Assembly: GCA_038496445.1 (NCBI GenBank)
Contig: JALMLS010000064.1
Span: 434,001 to 498,000 of the forward strand
DNA length: 64,000 bases
Direction: 5' to 3'
Source of the DNA: Trichosphaerium sp. ATCC 40318
Taxonomy: Eukaryota; Protista; Tubulinea
This document shows, one piece after another, positions 1 through 12,992 of the stretch. The number at the start of each line of letters is the position of its first letter. The stretch's first letter is position 1. A program made the position numbers and the translations under genes. The notes below the pieces were generated by a model. That model made no database searches. It had not been told where the DNA came from and worked only from the letters and a program-made list of their open reading frames with translations.

Positions 1-2828
1 AATCAAACAACACGTAAGTATAAACGCATTTGGCAAGTCCATTTCCTCTTCCAAGCAAAAAAACTAAGACAATTTTACGAGAATTAAAACCTTAACGGAT
101 GTCTTTTTTACGTTATTTAACGTTCTATTAGATATACGGTACAATAAAATTTGGAGCACAACAAGGTCAGCTTTGGATTAAATTGATAGAATGTAAAGAA
201 CTCACTGGTGACCCAAAACAAGGTATAATTTTGTATTTCAGTGCTTTTCTTTCTTGTTTGGAATGGAGGAAAATATCTCAAAAATTCTGTTAAAAATTGA
301 CGTGTTTTGTAGAGTCTGTTGTCCTTCTTCAGTCTTTAGTGCCTTTAAGCTCTAATACAAAAGCACGTAAAGCCCTAGAGAGTGAGAAGTTCCCTGGCGC
401 TATTGCTCCTGTTGTACGTGCTGAGTTTTTTGACGAAACTTTTTGTTAACAAGAACTAGTTCAATGATGAGTATATTCTATCTATTACAGATCGTACACT
501 TCCTATCTTATTTAAAGTATTCGCTTGTCGTACATTCAAGGCAAATATTCCTCTTGGACGTACAGAATTTGATTTACATGGTTTAAAAGACCATGAACTT
601 CAAGATCTTTGGTTCAAACTATCGGTACGTGGTTAACGCTTGTAGTAAAATTCATTGAAAGCTACACGTCATTTTGAGAATCAAAGATACTGAAATTTGC
701 TCTTAGGATGCTACAGCTGGTAGTTTAAGGGCACTATTCCGTTTTACGCCAATGCCAGTGTCAAGTCATAGAAAAGAGCAGTCATACATCAAACTACCTA
801 AATTCCGTCTAGTTCTAGATAGAGGAACCTTCTATCCCGGTGAGGTATGTTATTGCAAACGTTTGCTTCTATTTCTTCGTTTTTTTCTACAAAGAGCTCA
901 AATGATTAGCTCGTCACTGGTATGGTTGTATGGAACGTTGGTAAGCCTAAAAAGGCCAGAAATGTATACGTCGAGTTTAGGGGTTATCAAAAAACATGGT
1001 GGCAAGAACACTACCAAGAGAACTACAGAGATGCAAATGGTAACATGGCTACACGTACAAAAACAGTAACCTACACGGAAACATACTACTTTTATGATGT
1101 CCGCTTGGTTCTATGGAGTGGTCAAGGCGCTGTACGTTAAAAATAATCACAAACAAGTAGTTTACGTGCTTACTTTCTGTTGTAGAAACAAATAGGCAGT
1201 GGCAGCTACGTGTGGCCATTCTCCTTCCAATTACCTCTTAATCTACCACCTACATTCAGATCTCACTCTGGGTATGCTTTCGATTACTTTTTAAACTTCA
1301 TAATCACTTTTGTGTTCTTATTTCTTTTTAGATGGAATACTTATACTTGCTGTGCACATATTGATAGACCAATGGGTATCGATAAGAAAATACACTCTGA
1401 ACTTGACATCAAAGTGAACTACCAAAGGTAACTTAATTACACCGACTTAGCCTATTTTTACATTTTGTTCGCTCTTCGTCAGTTTGTTAACTTCTTTCGT
1501 CATAGTTTCTTCCCAGAACCTCTTATTACAATGAGATCAAAACATCTTCCTTTCAGAAGTGCAGGTGAAGTTATTAACATGCAAGCATACATGTCTGATA
1601 ATGTTGCTTACATTGGGCAAAATCAAACATTGTACCTTGTCATCGATAACCACTCTTCTAAGATGGTGAAATATGCTAAAGTACATCTTCATGGATACAA
1701 AAAGTGCTATGCAAGAGGAAGACACAAGCACTTTGAATTTTCTCCATTCAGAGATACTATTAAAGGTAAACAAACTTTTTTCATTTGGTTTTTTGTTGCT
1801 CACTATTATTTTGTTTCAGCCGGATTCCCTGTTCCACCTGGTTCTCAACAATCCTTCGCTATCACGTTCCCTATCCCATTCCAATCACCTCCATCATTAT
1901 CAGCCATGAACTCCCCTCTTATTCGTATACATTATGAGCTACATGTAACTTGCGGTGTATCAGGTAAATAGCTTACTAATTATCTTATCTTTTCTTTACT
2001 AATCATTTTTCCTTTAGGTTTCTTAACTGGTAATGTGAGCACAAAGATTCCAGTAATAGTCGGACACATACCACCACCAATTCTTGCAAGTATTGTACCA
2101 CCTACTACTATACAAGGACCGCCATGTCAATTACGTCCTCTCGAGTACAATGGCCCTGTTGGAGCTCCTCCACCTCCACCAAGTCCAGACCAATTTTTCA
2201 GACACTACGGTATGGGCGTTGAAACAAGAGAGTACAAAGAAGGCTCAGGTCCTAAATTACCTAATGGATCTGGTCTACAATGCCAGGTCGTTCCAGGTGC
2301 ACAAGCGCCTCCACCACCTTCCCTTGCCCCACAATATGGTAACACATTGGGTGCAATGCCATCGTACGTTATTTTAAAATCATCACGCTTAAAAGCTTCG
2401 TTCAACTTTACTTTGACTAATGTTTTACAATAGAGCTCCTGCTCAGGAACCTATCTCTCCAGTGCCAGGTATGGGACAACCTGGTATGGCACCTCCAGGT
2501 CAACAAGGATATCCTCCACAGCAAGGATACCCACAACAACCAGTACCAGGAATGGGTCAACCACAGCAACCGTACCCAGGACAAGGTCAACCTGGTATGC
2601 CACCTCCAGGTCAACAAGGGTACCCTCCACAACAACCGTACCCAGGCCAAGGCCAACCTGGTATGGCACCTCCAGGTCAACCGGGATATCCTCCACAGCA
2701 AGGATACAACCAACAGCCTCCTCCAGGCCAACAAGGATACCCTCCACAACCCGTACCCAGGCCAAGGTCAACCTGGTATGCAACCTCAAGGTCAACCGCA
2801 ACAACCACCAGTGCCTGGACCTCAGTAA
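1..2828 (+). CDS. C2-domain + arrestin-domain protein with Pro/Gln/Gly-rich tail; multi-exon, 5' end outside the window
   Basis: Spliced exons give C2-like [19 protein letters not shown]...[37 protein letters not shown]. Arrestin-N motifs follow ([12 protein letters not shown]; [11 protein letters not shown]; [15 protein letters not shown]; [10 protein letters not shown]), then arrestin-C ([12 protein letters not shown]; [12 protein letters not shown]). Natural stop is TAA 2826-2828 if a single indel at ~2750 is corrected. Confidence 0.85.
2455..2825 (+). repeat. Coding tandem repeat encoding [20 protein letters not shown]-type units
   Basis: caacctggtatg(g)cacctccaggtcaac / ggatacc(c)tccacaac units recur several times in the last exon. 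Confidence 0.9.
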
Positions 2829-3352
2829 ATGTATTATCAAAACCAAAACACATTTTTTTCTTGTATTCTAAATCCATTTACTTTTTTTGGATAAATAAAC
2901 AACAGGAATGGATACACTGCTTAATGTTCAGACGATTTACTTCGAGTACGCGCTTGCAAGTTGTCGCGGCCGCTTTGTCGGTTATGTAATTTACTTTCTC
3001 TTTCATTGTGTAGTACGGGTAGTGTAATTGAGTTGTTGAACGACCTGTAGACAACAAGCTAAGCGTGCAAATTATTTCGTCCTTTGTTTTTCTTCAAGTC
3101 AGATTCGGATGTTGTTTCGTACGAAAGGAAGGCGAAGACATTCGTTTCTTTCGCAGTTAATAATTACCTTCCACTGATCGTGACGTCTTGTCATTTCGAA
3201 ACAACATGTTGCCATTTTTGTACGGTCTCACGTATGGTAGCAGCAAGCTGTAGATGGGACGCGTCAAGACTATTTTACTTAAATTTACAAGCTGACACAG
3301 CGATAATTGGGGTTTTTATGGCTTGTAACAGACCATTGGATTTGTTTTAGTT

Positions 3353-3861
3353 TTAGACTTCGTCTTCTTTGAGAAGCATGTTTGGAATGCCGTTGGAAAT
3401 TGGAAAAACACGCCCAGTTTCTTTACAGGTGAGTGTACCTTCAACAACGTCTACCTGAGTTGTATTAGATGCGAATTGTTTCAAAATAATACAATTTAAA
3501 TTAATAATATGCTATTATGACGTATACGTACGTTAAATAGCGCGTGGTGGAATACTTTTAGAAACTCTTCGTTTGATTCTGCGTTATCAGGTAGAGTATC
3601 TGGTAACTCATTGTACTCCACCTAATTGTTATTAGAGACGCGTAGGAGTGTATTTTTCTATTGTTTTTACTAAATTACACGTACAGCTTTTGCAGCAGCT
3701 ACAAGAACTTCATATTCAACTTTACGAAGCATAGCAACAGCCATTTCTGGTTCAAACTCTTTTTCTTTCTGTTCTACTTTTGTAGCTTGTAAAATAAGAG
3801 GGTACTTATCTGTTACTTTAGGTAGATTGCATTGGAGGAAGTTATGCGTAATGAGTCTCAT
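3353..3861 (-). CDS. TRM112: Multifunctional methyltransferase activator subunit Trm112; 3 exons
   Basis: Starts MRLITHNFLQCN..YPLILQA and ends VVEGTLTCKETGRVFPISNGIPNMLLKEDEV*, the characteristic Trm112 termini. Confidence 0.95.
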
Positions 3862-4206
3862 TGTTTGTTGTATGCTTTTGTTGAAAATTACTTTCACTGA
3901 CTTGAGAAGGTGACAATAGAAAATGTAAGATTCTACATAACAAAACTTGTAAAGAGGACGTTTCCCAAGCTAAGGCTTGTGTTGTACTATATAAGTAACG
4001 CGAAGCGTGCTCGACTACAGTAAAACATAGTCAAATAAACAAACATAGAAAATGAAAGAACAATAAAAGTGTGAGGAAAAGGTAGGAAATTTTGGCTTCC
4101 AGGTAAGAACAGCGTTCTTGCACAATCAATAGGAAAATTTTCTCCAGTCAGTACTGTATCTGCCACAAATCATAGTTGGAGCAAGTGGTTAAAAACTTGT
4201 AGCATA

Positions 4207-5536
4207 ATGATAGTTAGTACAGTAGCACTCTACGTAATACAGTTATTAGTTATCTAGAGAAAGCTAATCCCGTTTGGAAGTGGTTTTGGCACCCAAAGCC
4301 AAATATCCCAAAATACAAAAACAGGTTCTGAACCACAAGTTGTTTATCAATCCCCAAAAGAACACGTGTGCAAAATGAGCGTAGAATCTCCAAATAACTA
4401 CCATATCCTAACAGCTGCCTTTCAAGATTGTCTGGGTAACGTTCTACTTCAAAATCGTCTATCTATTAACAACGTCGCGCTAGCGAACGCCCAGAAGGTA
4501 GCATACCCTGCTCTCTCTTCAGGGTCGTTAGAAAATTACTCGACAGCCATAACTAGAAGCCTCTTTGCCCATACGGCACCCTTGACATCAATGAGAATAG
4601 CGATGAGAAGAATTCAGCTTCGCTGTACGATATCTCTTTTCTTAATGCTTTATTTTCTTACCGTACTTTAGCACCTACAGGTATACATTCAAATATTCAA
4701 GAGGAAGAAAATGACTTGGCTTGGGATGACGCACGTGAACATTTAATTTTTCTAAACGTCATTCCAAAAAAACTTTTTTTTTATATTTTGCTTTTCAACA
4801 TTGCTTGCGATGTACGTCGTGTACCTCACTAACACAGTGTTAAGGATGATGATGATGACGACGACGATGATGATGAACCTGAGCTTGACGAGAAGACTCT
4901 TAAGAAGCTCAAGAAACTGCAGAAGAAAAAGGGCAAGAAGTTCAAGAAGCAAACTAAAAAGAGCGCTAAGAAGAAAAAAAAATATGACAAGAAACAAAAG
5001 AAGCGCGGAGAAAAAAAGATTTTAAAGTTAACTGGTACAATACCACCATCTTTTAAAGAATAATTTTCTGTCCATCAAACCTCAAAAACAAATTAAAAAA
5101 AAAACTGCACCACAGACACCCTCCTATATTAAACTCTTTTTTTAGATAAACTATTGGATCTAGACACTTCATTTGCTAATCTAGTACCAGCACTAGCAAT
5201 GAACTCAATGTGTGAGTCCGACGAAAAGTAAGTCACGTTTTTTTTTTTGGTTTTTTCATAAATTATGATAAAAATTGAATCAATGGTTAATACTGTACTA
5301 GGTGCTCTGCATTGAGTGATTTGGCAGGAGATCATCTTCTATATGCTTCGTGTATGTATTCTCAGGCTGAACAGCTGTTCCAATGCTATGATGTTCAAGG
5401 ACGTGATGCAAAAACGTGTTTCAAGAGCGTTGATTTCGGTATTTGTACAGATGTCCTAAACGCAACAAAAAGATCTGAGCAAGCCCTCATTGATCGCTAC
5501 TTTAGCGGCGAGAAAGCACCTGAACAGAGCCCATAG
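4207..5536 (+). CDS. Hypothetical multi-exon protein: N-terminal hydrophobic segment, poly-Asp then Lys-rich tract, Cys-containing C-terminal domain; start and internal phases uncertain
   Basis: Exons bounded by GT/GC..AG encode DDDDDDDDDDEPELDEKTLKKLKKLQKKKGKKF, DKLLDLDTSFANLVPALAMNSMCESDEK and CSALSDLAGDHLLYASCMYSQAEQLFQCY...EQSP*. Confidence 0.55.
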
Positions 5537-5754
5537 ATACATTTATTATAAATTCCCTTGTAAGCCCTCACACAAATACAAGAAGAAGACGAAGAAAATC
5601 GAAAGATTCCAACAACTGTTCTTGTTGATACCCAAAAACAAAAAAAAACCAAAGAAATAAACCAAACAAGTTTTTGTCTTGCTTGTGCGTCTTGTGTCTT
5701 GTGCGATGGAAATAGACTCCGGAAAACTAGTAATAGAGATAATGAATTTCTATT

Positions 5755-7455
5755 TTAATTTTTTGCTTTGATTACAATGGCTATTATTAAGCCAAAGATG
5801 AGAATGATCAATAAGAGCATGATGAGTTTTGTTCGGTATTTTTTTTGACTTTTTGAAGCCGAATCCAACTCTTTCACAGCTACTGTCATATTGTTTTGTG
5901 TTTGCTCAATATTGTAATCAATACGATCCAAAATTGTACCCTACAACAAAAGTATGAAAAACGTTTCAAAAAATCCACAAAAAAAAAAAAGAAAACTGAA
6001 CAACTCCTTAACAAAAAAAGACACTAGTAAGAGTAGCTTCTGTTCTACAAAAATCATTTCATTGTTTTATAAATTATATTTTTCATAAATTTGCGAGTGT
6101 AATGCTGTATCCTAAAATGGCGACAGTGCGTTTGACACGTGGAAAAGTCAAAATTTTGTTGGAAAAAAAAAATCGAAAAGGAATTTTTTGCGGTCTTTCA
6201 ATGTGTTTACCTGATCAACTACAAGCGTTGCCAAATCTTTAAATATCTCAGCTATTTCTGCTATACTTTTATGTATATTTGTAATCTCATTCTCCCTCAG
6301 CTCTACTTCTTGTTGTGCAAGCTGTAATGACTGATTTTGTGAAGCATTAAACCCTTTATCATATAACTCAACATCATCATCTTCATCAATTAAAAATTCT
6401 TTTCCTGTTTCTTGACGCTTGCGTAAACCTTGATAAAACCATTTAGCATTAAATAAAGAAGGGTACAAAATAGTAGAGATAACGAGAAAATTCAAAAACA
6501 AAGCGAAGAAAACGCCCAAACAACAAAAACTTTGGATAATTTTTTTTGACACAAATCCATAAAAACACGTTTCTGTTACCTTGTAGATACTTCTTTTGAG
6601 TTGCTCTGAAACCCATCGAAAGCTTTTGTAGACTTGTAGCTAGATTCTTTTTTAAATTATCCTTCATATCCTTGACACTTATAAGTACACAAGTCACAAA
6701 GGCGGTCATGACAAAGATAGCCAAAAAAATGGCAAGGATTTTTTTTCTTGTGTTTTTGAGTGCGTACCGCTTCGTTTCCATTGAGCAAATACCCATTTCC
6801 TAGTGTAAGCACACGCTCTCTGTTCTTTTGAAACATCTACAGAGTCTCCGGTTAGTGTTAAAAGTCGTAACGTTTTTTTTTTCAAAAAACGAGTTTGCTC
6901 CTTGTGTAGAGGTGATTCGCGTACTCTAGTGATTTCTGCTGTGAGTATCTCAATTTGACGTTCTTGTTTGTCTTGATCACCCCATGCTTCTAGTAAATGC
7001 TTTTCATGCAGAGTTTCAAGGTTTGTGACTGTTAGACGTTAGATTAACGCTTTTTTTTTGTACTTTCAAATAAAATAGAGTTAAATTATTTTAATAGCCA
7101 TCAGTGGAGGTATATAGATGGTATGTGGCGCAATGTAAAATATGACGTCGTTTTTTTTGACCAGTAGCCAAAAACCGGGTGGTAATAGTATAGCGAGGTT
7201 AATACGCCCACTCTTATCTTTTGTATTGTGTTTTTCGTACGTACCTTTATCTTCAATTCTCCTAATGTCCTGGCGCACTATATTAGCTTCATGTGCCCAG
7301 TCTGGGGCAGCTGTATCAGAAAATGGAGAATCAGAAACGTCGTTTAGGGGTATGCCCATCTCCTCGTCGTCTGTCCTTGCTGGATGACGAGCTTTTCGCT
7401 GAATAAAGCCATCGCGGTACTCTTTATATAAAATGGTACGTGAACACCAAGCCAT
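5755..7455 (-). CDS. STX16: Syntaxin-16/Tlg2-like Qa-SNARE
   Basis: N-peptide MAWCSRTILYKEYR; PDW motif; LATSLQKLSMGFRATQKKYL; SNARE motif RENEITNIHKSIAEIAEIFKDLATLVVDQGTILDRIDYNIEQT; C-terminal TM helix. Confidence 0.93.
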
Positions 7456-7734
7456 CTGTTTTTTGAAAAGAAATTTTTTAATTGCTTACTGGTTTTGACT
7501 GCCAAAGTCTTCTTACGTTTTGAGACTCAAACTAAATTGAAGAACTATAGTTAACCGTAATTTTGGCATTATTTTATTTCGAATTGTATTTCACTGACGA
7601 GAGTATCACGCGAAATAAATCGTATAAACAAGAATAAAATAAGAAAAGTGGGTTGATTTATTTTTTGTTAGTCATTCTCTTATTTCTTCGTGTATTTGCA
7701 ACCTTGTTATCACTACCACGCTTTTTTCTCGCAT

Positions 7735-10700
7735 TCATGTTTTTTTGCTTCCAGGGGTACGGTTTCATTGACTCGGTAGCCTTTTTTTTAAGACAAGTCA
7801 GACTTCGCGGTTTTGCTCACTTCGGTCACCTTGAGCTTTGGGAATGTCCTCTTGTTTCTCTGTCTCCATTTACCGTAACTATCTTTTAATCTTTCATACT
7901 CTTGATGGGAGGTATCTGCGTATACCTAAAGAAAGAAAGCAATGTCAAAAAAAAAAAGAGGTAAAAACCAAGCGCTTTTTTCGCAAGGAAACAAGAAGAG
8001 CTCATACCTCCAAGTTTGAAGGAAAGTACGTTATGTAACTGTTGATTTGTGTACTAAGTGAATATGTGTAAGTACGTATATGCGCAGTTAAATAACCCCG
8101 TACTGTATCGCTTGTAAGTTATTCTCAATTTTTTCAAGACAGTTCTTTTCGTATTTCGTCAATTCTGACTGCTTCTTGTATGGATCAGCTATGCGGTACA
8201 AAATTATTCTATTATACAGATCCCTAATGCTAGCACACCTACAAAAAAATCATTTAGCGATCAAACATGCGAAATAATAGATTCGCAGTTAATTAAACAC
8301 GTGCCAATTTAAGTGAAAAGTGAAGAATAGTTCGTCTATTAAGAACCCAGATAAGAACTTGTGAGCACTCTCCTTTGGAAATGAATCGATATAATTATGT
8401 ATCTACAATGTATTAGTAATCTTAAAATGGTTTTACGAAAACGTACAAACACCAAACACGATGATATGACAACGAAATGTTCTGTTCTTAAAACAACTTT
8501 TAATATGGAAAAAAAGTAGCTCGTGTCAAATGACTCGGGAACATGTTGATCTTTTAATCTATCTATCCACTGAGGTAATATATTAAAGAGCTCTGGACGG
8601 ATAGTAAAGGAAAAAAATAAATAACTCAGAAAATGGGAAGTTCCAAACAAAACCGTTTCGTAAGATTTTTGTGGTTTTTTTTTTTGACTTTTTATGTCTT
8701 TAGGATACGAGTTACTTGAGCTGTCTTGTGTAAGTTTGTCTTAGAGAACACGAGTTTAACATAAATGTTACTATGGTATTTATGAGAAGATCAGTATCTA
8801 AGAAGAGTCACGTACAATAATTCGTTGTTGTTTGCAAGTAATGCCTAAAAAAAAGTTACCGGTGGAGTTTTATCATATTACACGTGCTTTTGATGTTTTT
8901 AATGCGGATTTCTGATAGTCCAAAGGAGAAAATTCTCTTATCTTAAACAAGAAAGAATGAACCAATTGATGATACCTAGATAGCAATTGTTAAACAAAAA
9001 GTTTAAAAGAAGTTGTTTTTGTTTTTTCATAAAAAGTACCCTGGTATTAGATTGTAAGTTATGTATCCTTGCGTCCAATGATCTATTAACTTGGCCCAAT
9101 AATATAAAAATACAAAGTACTCTCCAGTTTTCAGTTTAAGGCTACAAAGAAATCAATAAAAAAAAGTTGAAGTTTAACTTACCGTCTAATAAAATCGTCT
9201 TGCTGAAGAAGTACAGTGCGTAGCTGCTCTCCAGAAGAACTCATATCTCTCATAATTCTTGTAGTTTCGGCATCATCACAAACAACGCTTATATTATCAA
9301 GAATCCACTTCTACACGTGAAGGTGTGAAAAAAATCACGTGCTTTTCAAAAAGTATCTAGTACCGATTGGCAAAAATACATGCCGCATTTTCTGTTTTCT
9401 AGAGAGTCCATATCATTTATCATAGCCTCTGATCCTTAGTTAATTTACTAACTGAACTTATAGATACTAAAATAGTGGGAAACAATCATTTTAAGCGTAC
9501 CAGGTTCTGTGAGTTTGAAGACAAACTGGTTTAGGTCTAATATGGTAAGTTTAAAACTATCAAGAAATGGCTTCGGATTACCTGGATCTTTTGTTGCAGC
9601 CTCCTTTTCCTCTTCAGCTGACCTAAAATAATGTTAAGAACACGGATACATCAACTGATACTAAGTTAGTACTCACCATACTGCAGAAAGTATTTTACCA
9701 GTAAGGAATCCTAGCCAAAAATACATACGTCCTTTAAAAAAAAAAAGATCAGTAAACTGCTCATTGTTTCTTTATTTTCAAATAAATCAACAAGAAATTA
9801 ACCACAGTGTTATCTATTAAATGGGTGGTAACCGGTACGTATATTTTTTTTAAGTATAAGTATGAACCGATAGAGAATTATTGTTTGAGACGTACCCATA
9901 ATTTGGTAACAGAAAATAAACAAACTTTTGTATGCTTTTATACGTTCTTGATAACCAAGCTTTTCTATGACATATACAAATAGCCTAAGTAAGAAGCATT
10001 TAAGCTTTGCAAACTGTAATTTTTCTTCTTCAGAAGCAATTATCTTCATACTAGCGTTGGTCTCTAAAATCGAGATTAATACGGTTAAGAAAGACAACAA
10101 TGTCACGGCTTTTTTGGGTTTTAGAAATCGCTTCAGCTCATAATAATCAACGCTTACATAATGCGAATGTCCCAGTGTCATTTGGGTAATGTGACGCATT
10201 GTGTGGAGCGACACCAAAGGTTTTTTTTTAATGTGTTTTTGAATGACGTTATTAAAAAAATACGTACTAATACTTGCTATATCAAGCTCTGAGCGATTGA
10301 GCATTGAATTTATAAGGTTATAGAATAATTCTCTATCTGGTAATGGTGCTGAGTCTAAATGGTCTAAAAGCCAATCCAGTACAGTAAGCAAAGTCTCCCT
10401 TCCTTTAAACACTTCTTCAGGAGTCAAATAAACTAAAAAAAACATTAATAAATCGTTACTTCTCCGTGGGCATTTATCGACTTATCACGTGGGTGTAACT
10501 TCCTGCACGTGTTTTTTAAGACGTGTACATACCAAAACAGCCTTTAAAGAGGTGCGGGACGAGTTGTCTAATGATTTTAGCTGCATCCTCGTACTCCACG
10601 AATTTAAGCCTAGAAAACCAGTAAGATTACTATTGAAGGCTGTTTGTTGTACTTTGATGCCATAGAGAACCACTCCAGTGTGAATACCGGTCGGACATCA

Positions 10701-10741
10701 CGCCGTTTACTTACTGGGCTTCTTTTTAGGGCCTCTGCCAT
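7735..10741 (-). CDS. DUF1765-like alpha-helical protein; many exons, two GC-AG introns
   Basis: IAYRFYDLN-type segment, FDTSYFFSILKVVLRTEHFVVISSCLVF and LFFTFHLNWCASIRDLYNRIILYRI resemble the DUF1765 'LFLHW..VR..F..LL.YR' motif (from memory). Confidence 0.65.
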
Positions 10742-11330
10742 TGGTACGCGCACGCTTGAAGTAGCTAGAATTGCGATGACTTGTTTTTGCCTTCAAAAAA
10801 CGGTCGGAGTCTATGATTTCACGTGTGTTGAAACGGCGCGTTATAAATAAGGTGCTGATAACAAGATATCATTTCTACGGAAAAGATTCATAACTACCTT
10901 GATGTAAACATGTGAAACACAATTATTACAGCTCTTAACATAAAATAAGCTGGAGGACGCCTTGCACCAAAAAGTTAGAAAACTCGCTAAAAATTGCTTT
11001 GGACTACTATTTGGTGGTGCAACTATCTACACAAACATGGTGCTTGCAGCGAAAAGTAACTGACGAAATCTAGTTGACTAGACCTTGGCTGAAACGGTCC
11101 TCCGTTATTTTTAAAGTAAGGGCTACTATTCGCAGTAACCTCCACTCGGCAATGTAGTTTAGCAACGAAGGTTCCCTCAAGCGTACTCATTGTCATCTTT
11201 GTCTAACTTTAACAACATATTACGAATAATGTTGAATCCACGTGACCCATTGTGAACGTCACATGCATTTCTCCTTACCTTTTCCACTGTTACAACAAGG
11301 CTTGACGTTCAATATACGCTACTGAATACC

Positions 11331-12992
11331 ATGTATACGCCAAAGAAGCTGCTCACTACTACTGGAACCAACTTACAAACTTTGCCAATGGTAATGATTA
11401 TGTACATAGCCTACACGCACTCTGATCCTATCTTGGTGCCAGTTGTGTTGAAGCGTGTTTCCCGTCAATTCTATGCTTATGTATCAAAGCCTCCAAAAGG
11501 TGTCTTGGTCGAACAATGTAAGCGCCTGCAGTGCTACTACCTTTATCCTGTGTATAAAAATCAAAGCATATTTGATTTTTGGTATAACTTTCTGCCAGAG
11601 TTCTTTTCGTACAAGAGAATATACCCAGAGAACTTTGAGATTCCTGGCCACCTGTTCCGCAACTTGATACTAGAAATTCTACAAGACTACAAGACTGATT
11701 CGTACTTCACTGATGAGGCCGTTCTCGTATTTCAAAGGGCCGCTGAGGGGCATATAAAACAGCGCTTCAAGTGGTACAACGCTACTGAGGAAGAAATAGA
11801 TCCAGAAGGAGATGTCAAACTGACACTTGAGAATTCGATAAGGGAAAGGCCAGATCATCCCTTTGAAGTAAACGGAGAACCACGTGTCACCTTGAGTCCG
11901 GGAGAGTTTACAAAGGTTATGGGAGTGGATGAAAGTGCTGTGGAGGCCCCAGATGCCGAATATATTTACAGTGACCAAGAGGATGACATAGACATTGATT
12001 TGCCTAAAAATCCAGATGCAGTACATTTAGGCGGAGACGATGTGATCGAAGTAGACCTTGCCACCTTGAGTGTTAATTTAATAGTCCACAAAAATGATTG
12101 TGAAGTTAATACAATGCGTGTCTTAAAAGCACTGGAGAGTCGTCATGGTACATCAGTCTATAGTAGTGTGGATGCATTTGGGATGACAGCATTGCACAAT
12201 TTAATATCAAATCATGATCCCTATGTTGAATATGATAACATCAACACGCCATTGTATGACCATTTAAAGAAGCACTGTAACAACAACTGGCAGGACTCTT
12301 TTGGTCGAACACCAGAGATGGCCTATCACCTGCTATGAGAGAGAGGATTGGATGCCGGTTGATGGCAATGACGACTTTGATGTTACTATCCGTGACAATA
12401 GAGGTTGGTCTGTACTGCACCATAGCGCTGGTAGACTTCCATTAAACTTCGATCAGTTCGATGAACAACTCTTTTGGATGTGGTTCCATTTTGGCTACTT
12501 TGATTTATTATCACGCTGAAATTCGTGCTTACATCGAGGAGATGAAAGGTCTTTTCAAACCTGATTTACATGGCCGTACAGTCATCTTTAAACTTGCTGA
12601 GAGTCGAGTAAAGTTTCCTTATCTTCTTTGCACTACTTCTTTGCTCTAACAAGGAGTTCAATGTGAATCACCAAGATATGAACGGAGATACTGCTCTTAT
12701 ATGCGCTTGCAGGCTGTATAATCCACACCTCATCTTTGTACTTATCTACAACAAAGCTGACACATCAATCAAAAACAACGATGGCAATACTGCGATGGAT
12801 GTTCTTGAAGAAAAATTACATGTTGAGAAACCGCGAACTATTTCTTTCGAAAATCACGAAAAGTGTATCACGGCACTGAAAGATGCAATCAAGAATGGTC
12901 TTGATGATAACATGGAAAAATATCTCAAAGCCTTATCAAGTACTCAAGGGACACCTATGGCCAAGCATATTTATCGTCCAGTGTGGCTTTGA
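11331..12992 (+). CDS. Intronless F-box-like + histone H3-like fold + ankyrin-repeat protein, interrupted by three +1 frameshifts (pseudogene, assembly error or recoding)
   Basis: F-box-like LQTLPMVMIMYI...VLKRVSRQF; H3-like FRNLILEILQDYKTDSYFTDEAVLVFQRAAEGHIKQRF...RVTLSPGEF; ankyrin motifs DAFGMTALH, QDSFGRTP, RDNRGWSVLH, DLHGRTVI, QDMNGDTALICAC, KNNDGNTAMD spread over four ORFs in successive frames. Confidence 0.8.

Noticed and set aside
4046-4102. In-frame TGA in IENERTIKV*GKGRKFWLP as a second selenoprotein
   Set aside because: No redox motif, no upstream ATG established, and no SECIS seen after the gene.
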